A stretch of 44,436 nt of DNA, taken from NCBI GenBank assembly GCA_017881505.1, contig JADGQW010000002.1, positions 1-44,436 on the forward strand, read 5' to 3'. A program made the position numbers and the translations under genes. Position 1 is the stretch's first letter, and the number at the start of each line of letters is the position of its first letter. The stretch is from Gemmatimonadales bacterium (GTDB lineage: Bacteria > Gemmatimonadota > Gemmatimonadetes > Gemmatimonadales > JACORV01). Positions 19,419-28,346 of the stretch are shown here, one piece after another. Under the pieces are notes generated by a model. That model ran no database searches, had not been told where the DNA came from, and worked only from the letters and a program-made list of their open reading frames with translations.

Positions 19419-20708
19419 CTAGCGCTTCCGCGCGAGCTCCCGCCAGCCGATGTCGCGGCGGAACTGCTTCCCCTCGAAGCGGATGGACTCGGCGGCGACG
19501 CGGCTGCGCTGCGCCGCCTCGGCGATCGTCGGGGCGATCGCGGTCACGCCGAGGACCCGCCCGCCGGCGACGCGGAGCCGCCCATCGGGCCCCTGCGCGG
19601 TGCCCGCGTGAAAGAGGAGCACGTCGGGCGTGGCCTCGAGCTCGGCGGGGATGGAGATCTCGGCGCCCAGCACCGGCGCGTCGGGGTAGCCCTCGGCGGC
19701 GAGTACCGTCGTGACCGACGCGTGCCGCGCGTCCCCGAGCGAGATGCCGCTCGGCATCCACCCCCCTTCCGCGATGAGCCGGAGGACGGGGACGAGGCCC
19801 GAGGGCATCGCCGCGAGGATCGCCTGCGCCTCGGGGTCGCCGAACCGGCAGTTGAACTCGATGACGGCGGGGGACCCGTCCGGCCGGAGCATGAGGCCCA
19901 CGTAGAGCACGCCGCGGTACGGGGCCCCGTCGGCCTTGAGGGCGCTCAACGTCGGGGCGATGATCTCGTCGGCGATGCGCCGCAGCAGCGCCGGCGTGGC
20001 TACGCTGACGGGGCAGTACGCGCCCATGCCGCCGGTGTTGGGGCCGAAGTCACCGTCCTGCAGCCGCTTGTGGTCCTGCGCCGGTGGGAGGATCGCGAAG
20101 TGCTCGCCGTCGGTGATGGCGAGGACCGAGAGCTCCTCGCCTTCGAGGAACTCCTCCACCAGCATCTCGCTCCCCGCCTTGCCGAGCGCGTTCTCGGCGA
20201 GCATCGCCCGCGCCGCGGCCCGGGCCTCGGTGCGCGTGGCGCAGACGATCGCCCCCTTGCCGCCGGCGAGGCCCGAGGCCTTCACGACCAGCGGCTCGGT
20301 GTGCGCGTCGATGTACCGCTCGGCGGCGTCGAGCTCGGTGAAGGTGCGGGAGCGGGCAGTGGGGACGCCGCTCCTGCCCATCAGCTCCTTGGCGAACGCC
20401 TTCGACGCCTCGATCCGCGCGGCGGCCGCCGTCGGCCCGAAGACCGGGATGCCCTCCTTCGCCAGGGCGTCCACGAGCCCGGCGGCGAGCGGCCCCTCGG
20501 GGCCCACGATCACCAGGTCGATGCGGTTGTCGCGCGCCGCCCGCACGACGGTCGCCACGTCGGTCGCCGAGCCGGGGAGGTTCGTCGCGATGCGGGCCGT
20601 TCCGGCGTTGCCCGGCAGGCAGAACACCGTGCTCTCCGGGCAGTCGCGCCGGCACGCCCACGCCAGCGCGTGCTCCCGGCCGCCCCCGCCCACGACGAGC
20701 GTCCTCAC
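19419..20708 (-). CDS. purD: phosphoribosylamine-glycine ligase
   Basis: VRTLVVGGGGREHALAW marks the N-terminus and an ATP-grasp core follows. The GTG at 20708 overlaps the upstream TGA. Confidence 0.95.
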   Translation of the reverse strand: MRTLVVGGGGREHALAWACRRDCPESTVFCLPGNAGTARIATNLPGSATDVATVVRAARDNRIDLVIVGPEGPLAAGLVDALAKEGIPVFGPTAAAARIEASKAFAKELMGRSGVPTARSRTFTELDAAERYIDAHTEPLVVKASGLAGGKGAIVCATRTEARAAARAMLAENALGKAGSEMLVEEFLEGEELSVLAITDGEHFAILPPAQDHKRLQDGDFGPNTGGMGAYCPVSVATPALLRRIADEIIAPTLSALKADGAPYRGVLYVGLMLRPDGSPAVIEFNCRFGDPEAQAILAAMPSGLVPVLRLIAEGGWMPSGISLGDARHASVTTVLAAEGYPDAPVLGAEISIPAELEATPDVLLFHAGTAQGPDGRLRVAGGRVLGVTAIAPTIAEAAQRSRVAAESIRFEGKQFRRDIGWRELARKR

Positions 20709-21709
20709 CGGCTGCCGGGCCCCTTCATGGCGCTGGAAAAGGCGTCGGCGGCCTTCCTCGCCACCTCGGCGACCTTGCCGACCACGTCCTTCGCCTGGTC
20801 GCCGTAGTAGCGGCCCGCCTCGCCGATGTCCTCGGCGATGGGCCGCTGGTCGTCGGCGGTGCCGCGGCGCGGGTACTCGCCCCGCAGGATCCGGTCGTAG
20901 TCGCCCCCCTCGACCCAGCGCTGCAGCTCCGCGGCGCGCAGGGTGTGGAAGGGGTGCGTGGCGCCGAGGGTGTTGAGGACCTTGTAGACGGTGTCCATCG
21001 CGTCGCCGCCCTGCTCGTACTCCTTCGCCTGCACCAGGAAGGCGTCGAGGTTCATCTCGGCGATGTTCCCGCCCCCCGCCAGCTTCATGAACATCCGCAT
21101 GGAGGCGACCGGGTCCTGGCTGGCCAGGAGCCCCGCGCGGTCGGAGGAGAGCTCGCTCTTGCGGTACCACTCCATCAGGGCGATCTGGATCGGCAGCAGC
21201 GCGATCCCCGCGAGGAACGGGAGGTTGCGGAAGCCGAACTCCAGCAGGATGACGAGGATCGTGCGGTAGAGCGCATGCCCGCTGATGACGTGGCCGAGCT
21301 CGTGGCCGAGGATGGTGCGCAGCTCCTCGTCGTCGAGGAGGGCGAGGGCGCCGGAGTTGAGGACGATGAACGGCCGGTCCATCCCGTACGCGCCGGCGTT
21401 CACGAGGGGCGTCTGCGAGATGTAGAGATCCGGCCGCGGCTCCCAGTCCATCGTGGCGCACACCTCGGTGAACGCGGTGTGGACGCGGGGGAACTGGGTG
21501 GGCCCCACGCGCACGGCGTTGGCCTGGAAGAGGAGCCGCACGCCCCGCTCCCCGAAGAAGCCGTAGATCTTCCGCAGGACCTCGTCGAAGCCGGGCAGCG
21601 CGCGCAGGGTGTTGAGCGCCGCGCGGTCGGCGGGGTGCTCCCAAGCTCGGGCCGAGATCTGGGTGAGGACGATCCTCGCCCGCGCCGCCGGAAGCTGCCG
21701 CTCGTCCAT
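20705..21709 (-). CDS. M48-family zinc metallopeptidase
   Basis: The zinc motif is HELGHV (HExxH). The ATG at 21709 sits 5 nt after an AAGGAG Shine-Dalgarno sequence (21715-21720). Confidence 0.85.
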   Translation of the reverse strand: MDERQLPAARARIVLTQISARAWEHPADRAALNTLRALPGFDEVLRKIYGFFGERGVRLLFQANAVRVGPTQFPRVHTAFTEVCATMDWEPRPDLYISQTPLVNAGAYGMDRPFIVLNSGALALLDDEELRTILGHELGHVISGHALYRTILVILLEFGFRNLPFLAGIALLPIQIALMEWYRKSELSSDRAGLLASQDPVASMRMFMKLAGGGNIAEMNLDAFLVQAKEYEQGGDAMDTVYKVLNTLGATHPFHTLRAAELQRWVEGGDYDRILRGEYPRRGTADDQRPIAEDIGEAGRYYGDQAKDVVGKVAEVARKAADAFSSAMKGPGSR

Positions 21710-21774
21710 GACCACTCCTTGCTGGGGTCCGCTCCCCCTACGCGCCGGGGAGGCGGACGTGTCAACCGGGCCCG

Positions 21775-22941
21775 CTACTTCCCGAGCGCCTGGTCGAGAT
21801 CGGCGATCAGGTCGTCCACGTCCTCGATGCCCACCGAGAGGCGCACCAGCCCGTCGGTGAGGCCCATCGCGTCGCGCATCGCCTTGGGGACCGCGGCGTG
21901 CGTCATCGTCGCGGGGTGCCCGATCAGGCTCTCGACGCCCCCGAGGGACTCGGCGAACGCGAAGAGGCGCACCCCCTCCACCAGCCGGCCGGCCGCCTCG
22001 AGGGAGCCGGTCTCGATGGACATCATCGCACCGAAGCCCGACATCTGGCGCTTGGCGAGCTCGTGCTGTGGATGCGACGGGAGCCCGGGATAGTAGATCG
22101 CGCGGATCCGCTTGTCGGCGGCCAGCCACGCGGCGACCCGCCGGCCGTTGGCGTCGTGCTGGTGCATCCGGACGGCGAGGGTCTTGAGGCCGCGCAGGGC
22201 GAGCCAGCAGTCGAAGGGCCCCGGCACGGCGCCGGCGGAGTTCTGGATGAACGCCAGGCGCTCGGCGAGCGCGTCGTCCTTCGCCACCAGGATGCCGCCG
22301 ACCATGTCGGAGTGGCCGTTGAGGTACTTGGTGGTGGAGTGGACGACGATGTCGGCGCCGAACTCGAAGGGCCGCTGGAAGATCGGGGTGGTGAAGGTGT
22401 TGTCGACGACGAAGAGGAGCCGGTGGGCCTTGGCGATGGCCCCCATCGCGGCGAGATCGGCGAGCCGCATCATCGGGTTGGTGGGGGTCTCGCCATAGAG
22501 CATCTTCGTCCGCGGGGTCACCGCCGCCTCGACCTGCTTCGGGTCCCGCGTGTCCACGAAGGTGAAGGTGAGCCCCATCCGTGACAGGACCTTGTCCATC
22601 AGGCGGTGCACGCCGCCGTAGACGTTCTCGCCGCAGACCACGTGGTCGCCCGTCGAGAGGAGCGTGAGGACCGCATCCACGGCGGCCATCCCGGAGGCGA
22701 ACGCGAGGCCGTGCGTCCCCCCCTCCAGCGCCGCGACGTTGCGTTCCAGCGCCTGGCGGGTGGGGTTGCTCGTCCGGGCGTACTCGTAGCCCTTGTTCTT
22801 CCCGATGCCGTCCTGGACGTACGTGGACGTCTGGAAGATCGGGAAGGTCACCGCCCCGGCGAGGGGGTCGGGCTGCTGGCCGGCGTGGATGGCGCGCGTG
22901 GCCAAGCCATGGGAAAGGTCGCGATCGGTGATGCGGGTCAC
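21775..22941 (-). CDS. Cys/Met-metabolism PLP enzyme (cystathionine gamma-synthase / gamma- or beta-lyase family)
   Basis: Motifs seen are TRAIHAG, FQTSTY and the PLP-lysine motif STTKYLNGHSD. The start is GTG. Confidence 0.9.
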   Translation of the reverse strand: MTRITDRDLSHGLATRAIHAGQQPDPLAGAVTFPIFQTSTYVQDGIGKNKGYEYARTSNPTRQALERNVAALEGGTHGLAFASGMAAVDAVLTLLSTGDHVVCGENVYGGVHRLMDKVLSRMGLTFTFVDTRDPKQVEAAVTPRTKMLYGETPTNPMMRLADLAAMGAIAKAHRLLFVVDNTFTTPIFQRPFEFGADIVVHSTTKYLNGHSDMVGGILVAKDDALAERLAFIQNSAGAVPGPFDCWLALRGLKTLAVRMHQHDANGRRVAAWLAADKRIRAIYYPGLPSHPQHELAKRQMSGFGAMMSIETGSLEAAGRLVEGVRLFAFAESLGGVESLIGHPATMTHAAVPKAMRDAMGLTDGLVRLSVGIEDVDDLIADLDQALGK

Positions 22942-23014
22942 GGGGCGCTCGATTGCATGGGCGTTGCGCGAACCTTACACGGGCGACGGTCGCGGCGGCA
23001 AGGCGAATGGCGGG

Positions 23015-23043
23015 TGGACACGGCGCGGGCGCGCCGATAAACT
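23015..23043 (+). promoter_or_regulatory. promoter candidate TGGACA-N17-TAAACT for the receiver/HD-GYP gene
   Basis: The -35-like element is at 23015-23020 and the -10-like element at 23038-23043. The ATG at 23053 is only 9 nt downstream, and no Shine-Dalgarno sequence is present. Confidence 0.3.
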
Positions 23044-23052
23044 CACAGCCTT

Positions 23053-24123
23053 ATGGAAGAGCGGAAGGTCCTCTGCCTCGTGGTGGACGACGAGGAGAAG
23101 GTCCGGGACGTGATGGCTCGCGTCCTCTCGGGCGAGGGATTCGAGTGCCGGAAGGCGGCGTCCGGCCGGGACGCGGTCGCCCTCCTCAACTCGGAGCCGT
23201 TCGACCTGGCGGTGCTGGACATCCAGATGCCCGAGATGGACGGCACCAAGTTGCTCGCCGAGATCCGGCTCCGCTGGCCGGAGACGGGGGTGGTGATGGT
23301 GACCGCCGTGTCGGACGTCCGGACGGCGGTGGCGTGCCTGACGCACGGCGCCCTCGACTACGTCGCCAAGCCGTTCGAGATCGACGAGGTGCGGGCCCGT
23401 GTCCGCCAGGCGCTCGAGAAGCGCCGCCTCATCCGCGAGAACCGCGACTACCAGTTGCACCTCGAGGAGCGCGTCCAGCAGCAGGCCGCGCGCATCGAGG
23501 AGCTGTTCGTCCTGGGCGTGCACTCCCTGGTGCAGGCGCTCGAGGCCAAGGACCGCTACACCCGCGGCCATTCGGCGCGAGTGGCGGTGTACGCGGAGGA
23601 GATCGCCCGGCAGCTGGGGCTCGACGACGAGACCCTGGCGGAGATCCGCCTCGGGGGCGAGCTGCACGACATCGGCAAGATCGGCGTGCGCGAGGGGGTG
23701 CTGCAGAAGCCGGGCCCCCTGACCGAGGACGAGTACCTCCACGTGATGGAGCACCCGGTGCTCGGCGAGCGGATCCTCGCCCCGCTCCTCAAGGACCACC
23801 CGATCGTGGTCAGCATCGTCCGTTCCCACCACGAGCGACTCGACGGGGCGGGTCTCCCCGACCATCTGCAGGGCGAAGCGATCGCGCTGGTGGCCCGGAT
23901 CGCCAGCGTCGCCGACGCGTTCGACGCCATCACGACGGGCCGGCCGTACATGCGCTCGCGGCCGCCGGAAGAGGCGCTCGCCGAGCTGCGGCGTTGCGTC
24001 GGGTGGCAGTTCGACGCCGACTGCGTCGAGGGGTTCGCGCGCGCCTACCCGGACGTCAGTCTTCTCCCGATTCCCACGCCCGACGTCGTCGCGCTGCGCC
24101 AAGCCTCTCTCCGCCGGAGCTGA
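23053..24123 (+). CDS. response regulator with receiver and HD-GYP-type phosphodiesterase domains
   Basis: The receiver reads VLCLVVDDEE...LAVLDIQMPEMDG...KPF. The HD domain reads HSARVAVYAEEIA and ELHDIGKIGV, with HHERLDGAGLPDHL in place of the usual GYP signature. Confidence 0.9.
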   Translation: MEERKVLCLVVDDEEKVRDVMARVLSGEGFECRKAASGRDAVALLNSEPFDLAVLDIQMPEMDGTKLLAEIRLRWPETGVVMVTAVSDVRTAVACLTHGALDYVAKPFEIDEVRARVRQALEKRRLIRENRDYQLHLEERVQQQAARIEELFVLGVHSLVQALEAKDRYTRGHSARVAVYAEEIARQLGLDDETLAEIRLGGELHDIGKIGVREGVLQKPGPLTEDEYLHVMEHPVLGERILAPLLKDHPIVVSIVRSHHERLDGAGLPDHLQGEAIALVARIASVADAFDAITTGRPYMRSRPPEEALAELRRCVGWQFDADCVEGFARAYPDVSLLPIPTPDVVALRQASLRRS

Positions 24124-24127
24124 TGTC

Positions 24128-25486
24128 GTGAGTCCCCTCATGCGCTCGGTCTCCGGAGTCCGGGGGATCGTGGGCACGGATCTCGACCCGGATGTCGTAC
24201 GCCGGTACGCGGCGGCGTTCGGGGCGTTCGTGCGGGAGCGTGGCGGCCGGCGCGTCGGGCTGGCGCGCGATTCCCGCGCCTCGGGTCCCGCCCTCTACGC
24301 CGCCGCGGCCGAGGCGCTCTGCGCGGCGGGCGTGGACGTGGTGGAGCTGGGCATGGTCCCCACCCCGACCGCGCAGCTCGCCGTGGAGGACCTCCCCCTC
24401 GATGGCGGGATCGTCGTCACCGCGAGCCACAATCCCGTCCAGTGGAACGCCCTCAAGTTCGTGGGGGCGGGGGGCCGCTTCCTCACGCGCGCGGACGCCG
24501 AGGCGCTGTTCGGTCTCGCCGACGGCGGCGCGGCCGGCGCGGCCGGCACGCCGGGCACGCGTTCCCGCGACGAAGGCGCCGTGGGGCGCCATCTCGAGCG
24601 GGTCCTCGCCCTCCCCTGGCTCGATGCCGCGGCCATCCGCGCGCGGCATTTCCGCGTGGCGCTCGACTGTGTGCGCGGCGCGGGGGCCACGGTGATGCCG
24701 GCGCTCCTCGACGCGCTCGGGTGCGAGGTCGCCGCGATCCATCTCGAGCCTGACGGCGCCTTCCCCCGGGAACCGGAGCCGATCCCCGAGCACCTCGGCG
24801 AGCTGGGCGCCTTCGTGCGGGAGCAGGGCGCCGACGTCGGCATCGCGGTGGATCCCGACGTGGACCGCCTCGCCCTCGTGGACGAGCGGGGCCGGCCGAT
24901 CGGCGAGGACTACACGCTGGCCTTCGCGGTCCGGGCGGTGCTGCCGCACCTGCGCGGTCCCGTGGTCACCAACCTCTCGACCAGTCTCGTGGTGGACGAC
25001 GCGGCGCGGGCCTTCGGCATCGCGGTCGAGCGCGCCCCGGTCGGCGAGGCGAACGTGGTGGAGCGGATGCAGGCGCGCCGCGCCGTCGTGGGGGGCGAGG
25101 GGAACGGCGGCGTGATCCTCCCCGCCGTGCATCTCGGCCGCGACGCGCCGGTGGCGGCGGCCCTCGCGCTGGCGCTCCTCGCGGAGCGGCGGGAACCGGT
25201 CTCGGCCGTCGTGGACGCCGCGCCCCGCTACGTTATCGTTAAGGCGAAGCTCCCGCGGCCCGACGGTCCCCTGGACCAGGTGTACGCGGGGCTGCGGCGC
25301 CGCTGGCCGGACGCCGCGACCGACACGCAGGACGGGCTGCGGCTCGCGTGGGACGACCGCTGGATCCACGTGCGTCCGTCGGGGACGGAGCCGGTGGTCC
25401 GGGTGATCGCCGAGGCGCCGACGGCGGCCGCCGCGCAGGGGATGGTGAACGACGGCCGGCAAACGCTGCTGACGATGGGGGCCTGA
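24128..25486 (+). CDS. phosphohexose mutase family protein, probably phosphoglucosamine mutase
   Basis: Motifs are SGVRGIVG and the active-site TASHNP. The metal loop is AVDPDVDR. The GTG lies 4 nt after the regulator stop, and glmS begins 2 nt after this gene's stop. Confidence 0.8.
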   Translation: MSPLMRSVSGVRGIVGTDLDPDVVRRYAAAFGAFVRERGGRRVGLARDSRASGPALYAAAAEALCAAGVDVVELGMVPTPTAQLAVEDLPLDGGIVVTASHNPVQWNALKFVGAGGRFLTRADAEALFGLADGGAAGAAGTPGTRSRDEGAVGRHLERVLALPWLDAAAIRARHFRVALDCVRGAGATVMPALLDALGCEVAAIHLEPDGAFPREPEPIPEHLGELGAFVREQGADVGIAVDPDVDRLALVDERGRPIGEDYTLAFAVRAVLPHLRGPVVTNLSTSLVVDDAARAFGIAVERAPVGEANVVERMQARRAVVGGEGNGGVILPAVHLGRDAPVAAALALALLAERREPVSAVVDAAPRYVIVKAKLPRPDGPLDQVYAGLRRRWPDAATDTQDGLRLAWDDRWIHVRPSGTEPVVRVIAEAPTAAAAQGMVNDGRQTLLTMGA

Positions 25487-25488
25487 CG

Positions 25489-27315
25489 ATGTGCGGGATC
25501 GTGGGGTACGTGGGATCGCGCCAGGCGGTGCCGATCCTGTTGCAGGGGCTCAAGCGCCTCGAGTACCGGGGCTACGATTCGGCGGGGCTGGCGCTGATCA
25601 CGGACGGCCACCTGAAGGTGGTGAAGGCGGCCGGGAAGATCGCGCAGCTCGAGGCCCAGCTCGGGCCCCACGTGCCGCAGGCGGTGACGGGCATGGCGCA
25701 CACGCGCTGGGCCACGCACGGCGCACCGACCACCCGCAACGCCCATCCGCATACCGACTGCACCGGAACCGTGGCCGTGGTCCACAACGGCATCATCGAG
25801 AACGCGCCGGTGCTCCGCGCCAAGCTGGTGGAGAAGGGCCACACCTTCGCCTCGGACACCGACACCGAGGTGCTCGCGCATCTCATCGAGGAGTTCTACC
25901 AGGGTACGCTCGCCGAGGCGGTCGCCGCGGCGCTCCACGAGGTCGAAGGCACCTACGGCATCGCTGTCCTCTCCTCCCGGGAGCCCGACACGATCGTGGC
26001 GGCGCGGCTCGGCAGCCCGCTCCTGGTCGGCGTGGGGATCGGCGAGAACTTCATCGCGTCGGACCCGGCGGCGGTCCTGGAGCACACCCGGTCCGTGGTG
26101 TACCTCGACGAGGGGGAGATGGCGGTCGTGACCCCGTCCGGCTACCGGCTGATGGACCGCCAGTCGGTGCCCCTCACCAAGGAGATCAGCCAGATCGACT
26201 GGGACCTCGCCACCGTGGAGCGGGCCGGCTTCCCGCACTTCATGCTGAAGGAGATCTGCGAGCAGCCCGAGTCCATCCGGAACGTCCTCCGCGGCCGGCT
26301 CCTGGAGGAGGAGGGCGCGGCGAAGCTCGGCGGCCTCAACCTCTCCGACGAGTACCTGGCGGGAATCGACCGGATCGTCATCACCGCGTGCGGGACGTCG
26401 TGGCACGCGGGGCTGGTGGGCGAGTACATGCTGGAGGAGATCGCGCGGATCCCGGTGGAGGTGGAGTACGCCTCCGAGTTCCGGTACCGCAGCCCGATCC
26501 TCACGCCGAAGACGCTGGTGATCGTGATCTCGCAGTCGGGTGAGACCGCCGACACCCTCGCGGCGCTGCGGGAGGCGAAGCGGCGCGGCGCGCGGACCCT
26601 CGGCATCATCAACGTCGTGGGCAGCACCATCGCCCGCGAGGTGGACGGCGGCATCTATCTGCACGCCGGCCCCGAGATCGGGGTCGCCTCGACGAAGGCC
26701 TTCACCAGCCAGATCGCGGCGCTGGCGGTCTTCACCCTGCACCTCGGGCGCCTGCGGTCGCTCTCGATCCTCCAGGGGCGCGAGATCGTCCAGGCGCTCC
26801 GCATGCTCCCCGAGCAGCTCGAGGCGGTGCTCCGCAAGCAGGAGGAGGTCGAAGCGCTTTCCGAGCGGTTCATGCGCGCGACCAACGTCCTGTACCTCGG
26901 CCGGGGCGTGAACTTCCCGGTGGCGCTCGAGGGCGCGCTGAAGCTGAAGGAGATCTCCTACATCCACGCGGAGGGGTATCCCGCCGCCGAGATGAAGCAC
27001 GGCCCGATCGCCCTGATCGACGAGCTGATGCCGGTGGTCTTCATCGCGCCGCAGGATGCCGTCTACGCCAAGATCCAGTCGAACATCGAGGAGGTCCGGG
27101 CGCGCGGGGGGCGGGTGGTGGCGGTGGTGACGGAGGGGGACACGGCGATCCGCAAGGTGGCGGACACCGCCATCGAGATCCCCAAGACCCTGGACATGCT
27201 GACTCCGGTGCTCGCGGTGGTGCCGCTGCAGCTCTTCGCCTACTACATCGCGGTGCGGCGCGGCTGCAACGTGGACCAGCCCCGCAACCTCGCGAAGAGC
27301 GTCACGGTCGAGTAG
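25489..27315 (+). CDS. glmS: glutamine-fructose-6-phosphate aminotransferase
   Basis: The N-terminal nucleophile is MCGIVGY. Two SIS domains follow, and the C-terminus is NLAKSVTVE. Confidence 0.97.
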   Translation: MCGIVGYVGSRQAVPILLQGLKRLEYRGYDSAGLALITDGHLKVVKAAGKIAQLEAQLGPHVPQAVTGMAHTRWATHGAPTTRNAHPHTDCTGTVAVVHNGIIENAPVLRAKLVEKGHTFASDTDTEVLAHLIEEFYQGTLAEAVAAALHEVEGTYGIAVLSSREPDTIVAARLGSPLLVGVGIGENFIASDPAAVLEHTRSVVYLDEGEMAVVTPSGYRLMDRQSVPLTKEISQIDWDLATVERAGFPHFMLKEICEQPESIRNVLRGRLLEEEGAAKLGGLNLSDEYLAGIDRIVITACGTSWHAGLVGEYMLEEIARIPVEVEYASEFRYRSPILTPKTLVIVISQSGETADTLAALREAKRRGARTLGIINVVGSTIAREVDGGIYLHAGPEIGVASTKAFTSQIAALAVFTLHLGRLRSLSILQGREIVQALRMLPEQLEAVLRKQEEVEALSERFMRATNVLYLGRGVNFPVALEGALKLKEISYIHAEGYPAAEMKHGPIALIDELMPVVFIAPQDAVYAKIQSNIEEVRARGGRVVAVVTEGDTAIRKVADTAIEIPKTLDMLTPVLAVVPLQLFAYYIAVRRGCNVDQPRNLAKSVTVE

Positions 27316-27318
27316 CCG

Positions 27319-27759
27319 GTGCGCGCGGTCGTCCAGCGCGTGAGCCGCGCGGCGGTGCGCGTCGACGGCGAGACCGTCGGCGCGATCGCGCGCGGCTTCG
27401 TCGTCCTCGTGGGCTTCGCCCCCGCGGACGACGAGGCGGCGCTGGCGTGGATGGCGGAGAAGCTCGCCGGGCTGCGGGTGTTCGGCGACGCCGAGGGGAA
27501 GATGAACCTCGGCATCCAGGAGGTCGGGGGCGCGATGCTGGTCGTCTCGCAGTTCACCCTCTACGGCGACGCCTCCAAGGGGCGCCGGCCCTCTTTCGTC
27601 GGCGCCGCGCCCCCCGAGCAGGCGGAGGGGCTGTACGAGCGCTTCGTGGCGCTGCTGCGGGAGCGGGGCGTGCGGGTGGAGACGGGCCGGTTCCGCGCGA
27701 TGATGGACGTCGAACTGGTGAACGACGGCCCCGTCACCCTTCTCCTCGAGCGCCCGTGA
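27319..27759 (+). CDS. dtd: D-aminoacyl-tRNA deacylase
   Basis: The sequence begins RAVVQRV, contains SQFTLYGD, and is 146 aa long. The start is GTG. Confidence 0.93.
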   Translation: MRAVVQRVSRAAVRVDGETVGAIARGFVVLVGFAPADDEAALAWMAEKLAGLRVFGDAEGKMNLGIQEVGGAMLVVSQFTLYGDASKGRRPSFVGAAPPEQAEGLYERFVALLRERGVRVETGRFRAMMDVELVNDGPVTLLLERP

Positions 27760-28346
27760 GCGTGCCGCTCGTCCTCGCGTCGGCCTCCCCGCGCCGCCGC
27801 GAGCTCCTCACCCTCCTCGGCCTCACCTTCGACGTGGTCCCCGGCGGCGTGGACGAGACGTGGCAGGGGGGCGAGCCCCCCGCGGTGCACGCGGAGCGTC
27901 TGGCGCGCGCCAAGGCCGGCGCGGTGCACCGGCCCGGCGCCGCGACGGTGGCGGCGGACACGATCGTGGTGGTGGACGGGGACATCCTCGGGAAGCCGCG
28001 CGACCGGGAGGAGGCGGGCGTCATGCTGCGCCGCCTGGCCGGGCGCGACCACGTCGTGCACACCGGCATCGCGGTGGCGTACGGCGCGCGCACCGCGTCG
28101 GACGTGGTCTCGACGCGCGTCTGGTTCCGGCCGCTCGACGACGCCGTCATCGCCGCGTACGTCGCGACGGGCGAGCCGATGGACAAGGCGGGGGCCTACG
28201 GCATCCAGGGATATGGCGCGGTGCTGGTGGACCGGATCGACGGGGACTACTTCACGGTGATGGGACTCGGCCTGGCGCGCTTCGTGGACCTCCTCGGCGC
28301 GGTGGGCCTCCGTTACGCCTTCGGGGCGATCACTCCGGTACCCTAG
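27756..28346 (+). CDS. maf: Maf-family nucleoside triphosphate pyrophosphatase
   Basis: Motifs are [12 protein letters not shown] and KAGAYGIQG. The GTG overlaps the dtd stop. Confidence 0.9.
   Translation: MSVPLVLASASPRRRELLTLLGLTFDVVPGGVDETWQGGEPPAVHAERLARAKAGAVHRPGAATVAADTIVVVDGDILGKPRDREEAGVMLRRLAGRDHVVHTGIAVAYGARTASDVVSTRVWFRPLDDAVIAAYVATGEPMDKAGAYGIQGYGAVLVDRIDGDYFTVMGLGLARFVDLLGAVGLRYAFGAITPVP

Noticed and set aside
21729-21756. A hairpin (CCGCCTCCCC ... GGGGAGCGG on the minus strand) between the PLP enzyme gene and the M48 peptidase gene, considered as an intrinsic terminator.
   Set aside because: The stem has a bulge and no U-tract follows it. The next bases are ACCCCAGCAAGGAG, which is the Shine-Dalgarno sequence of the next gene. 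At most it is an mRNA-stability or processing element.
22942-23052. A possible SAM or other riboswitch upstream of the Cys/Met PLP enzyme gene.
   Set aside because: Only 111 nt are shared with a divergent promoter region. I could not find the conserved helices or loops of SAM-I or SAM-II, or a terminator or anti-terminator pair. A covariance-model scan (Rfam) would settle the question.
25484-25491. A glmS ribozyme upstream of glmS.
   Set aside because: glmS starts 2 nt after the stop of the mutase gene, so there is no leader in which a ribozyme could reside.
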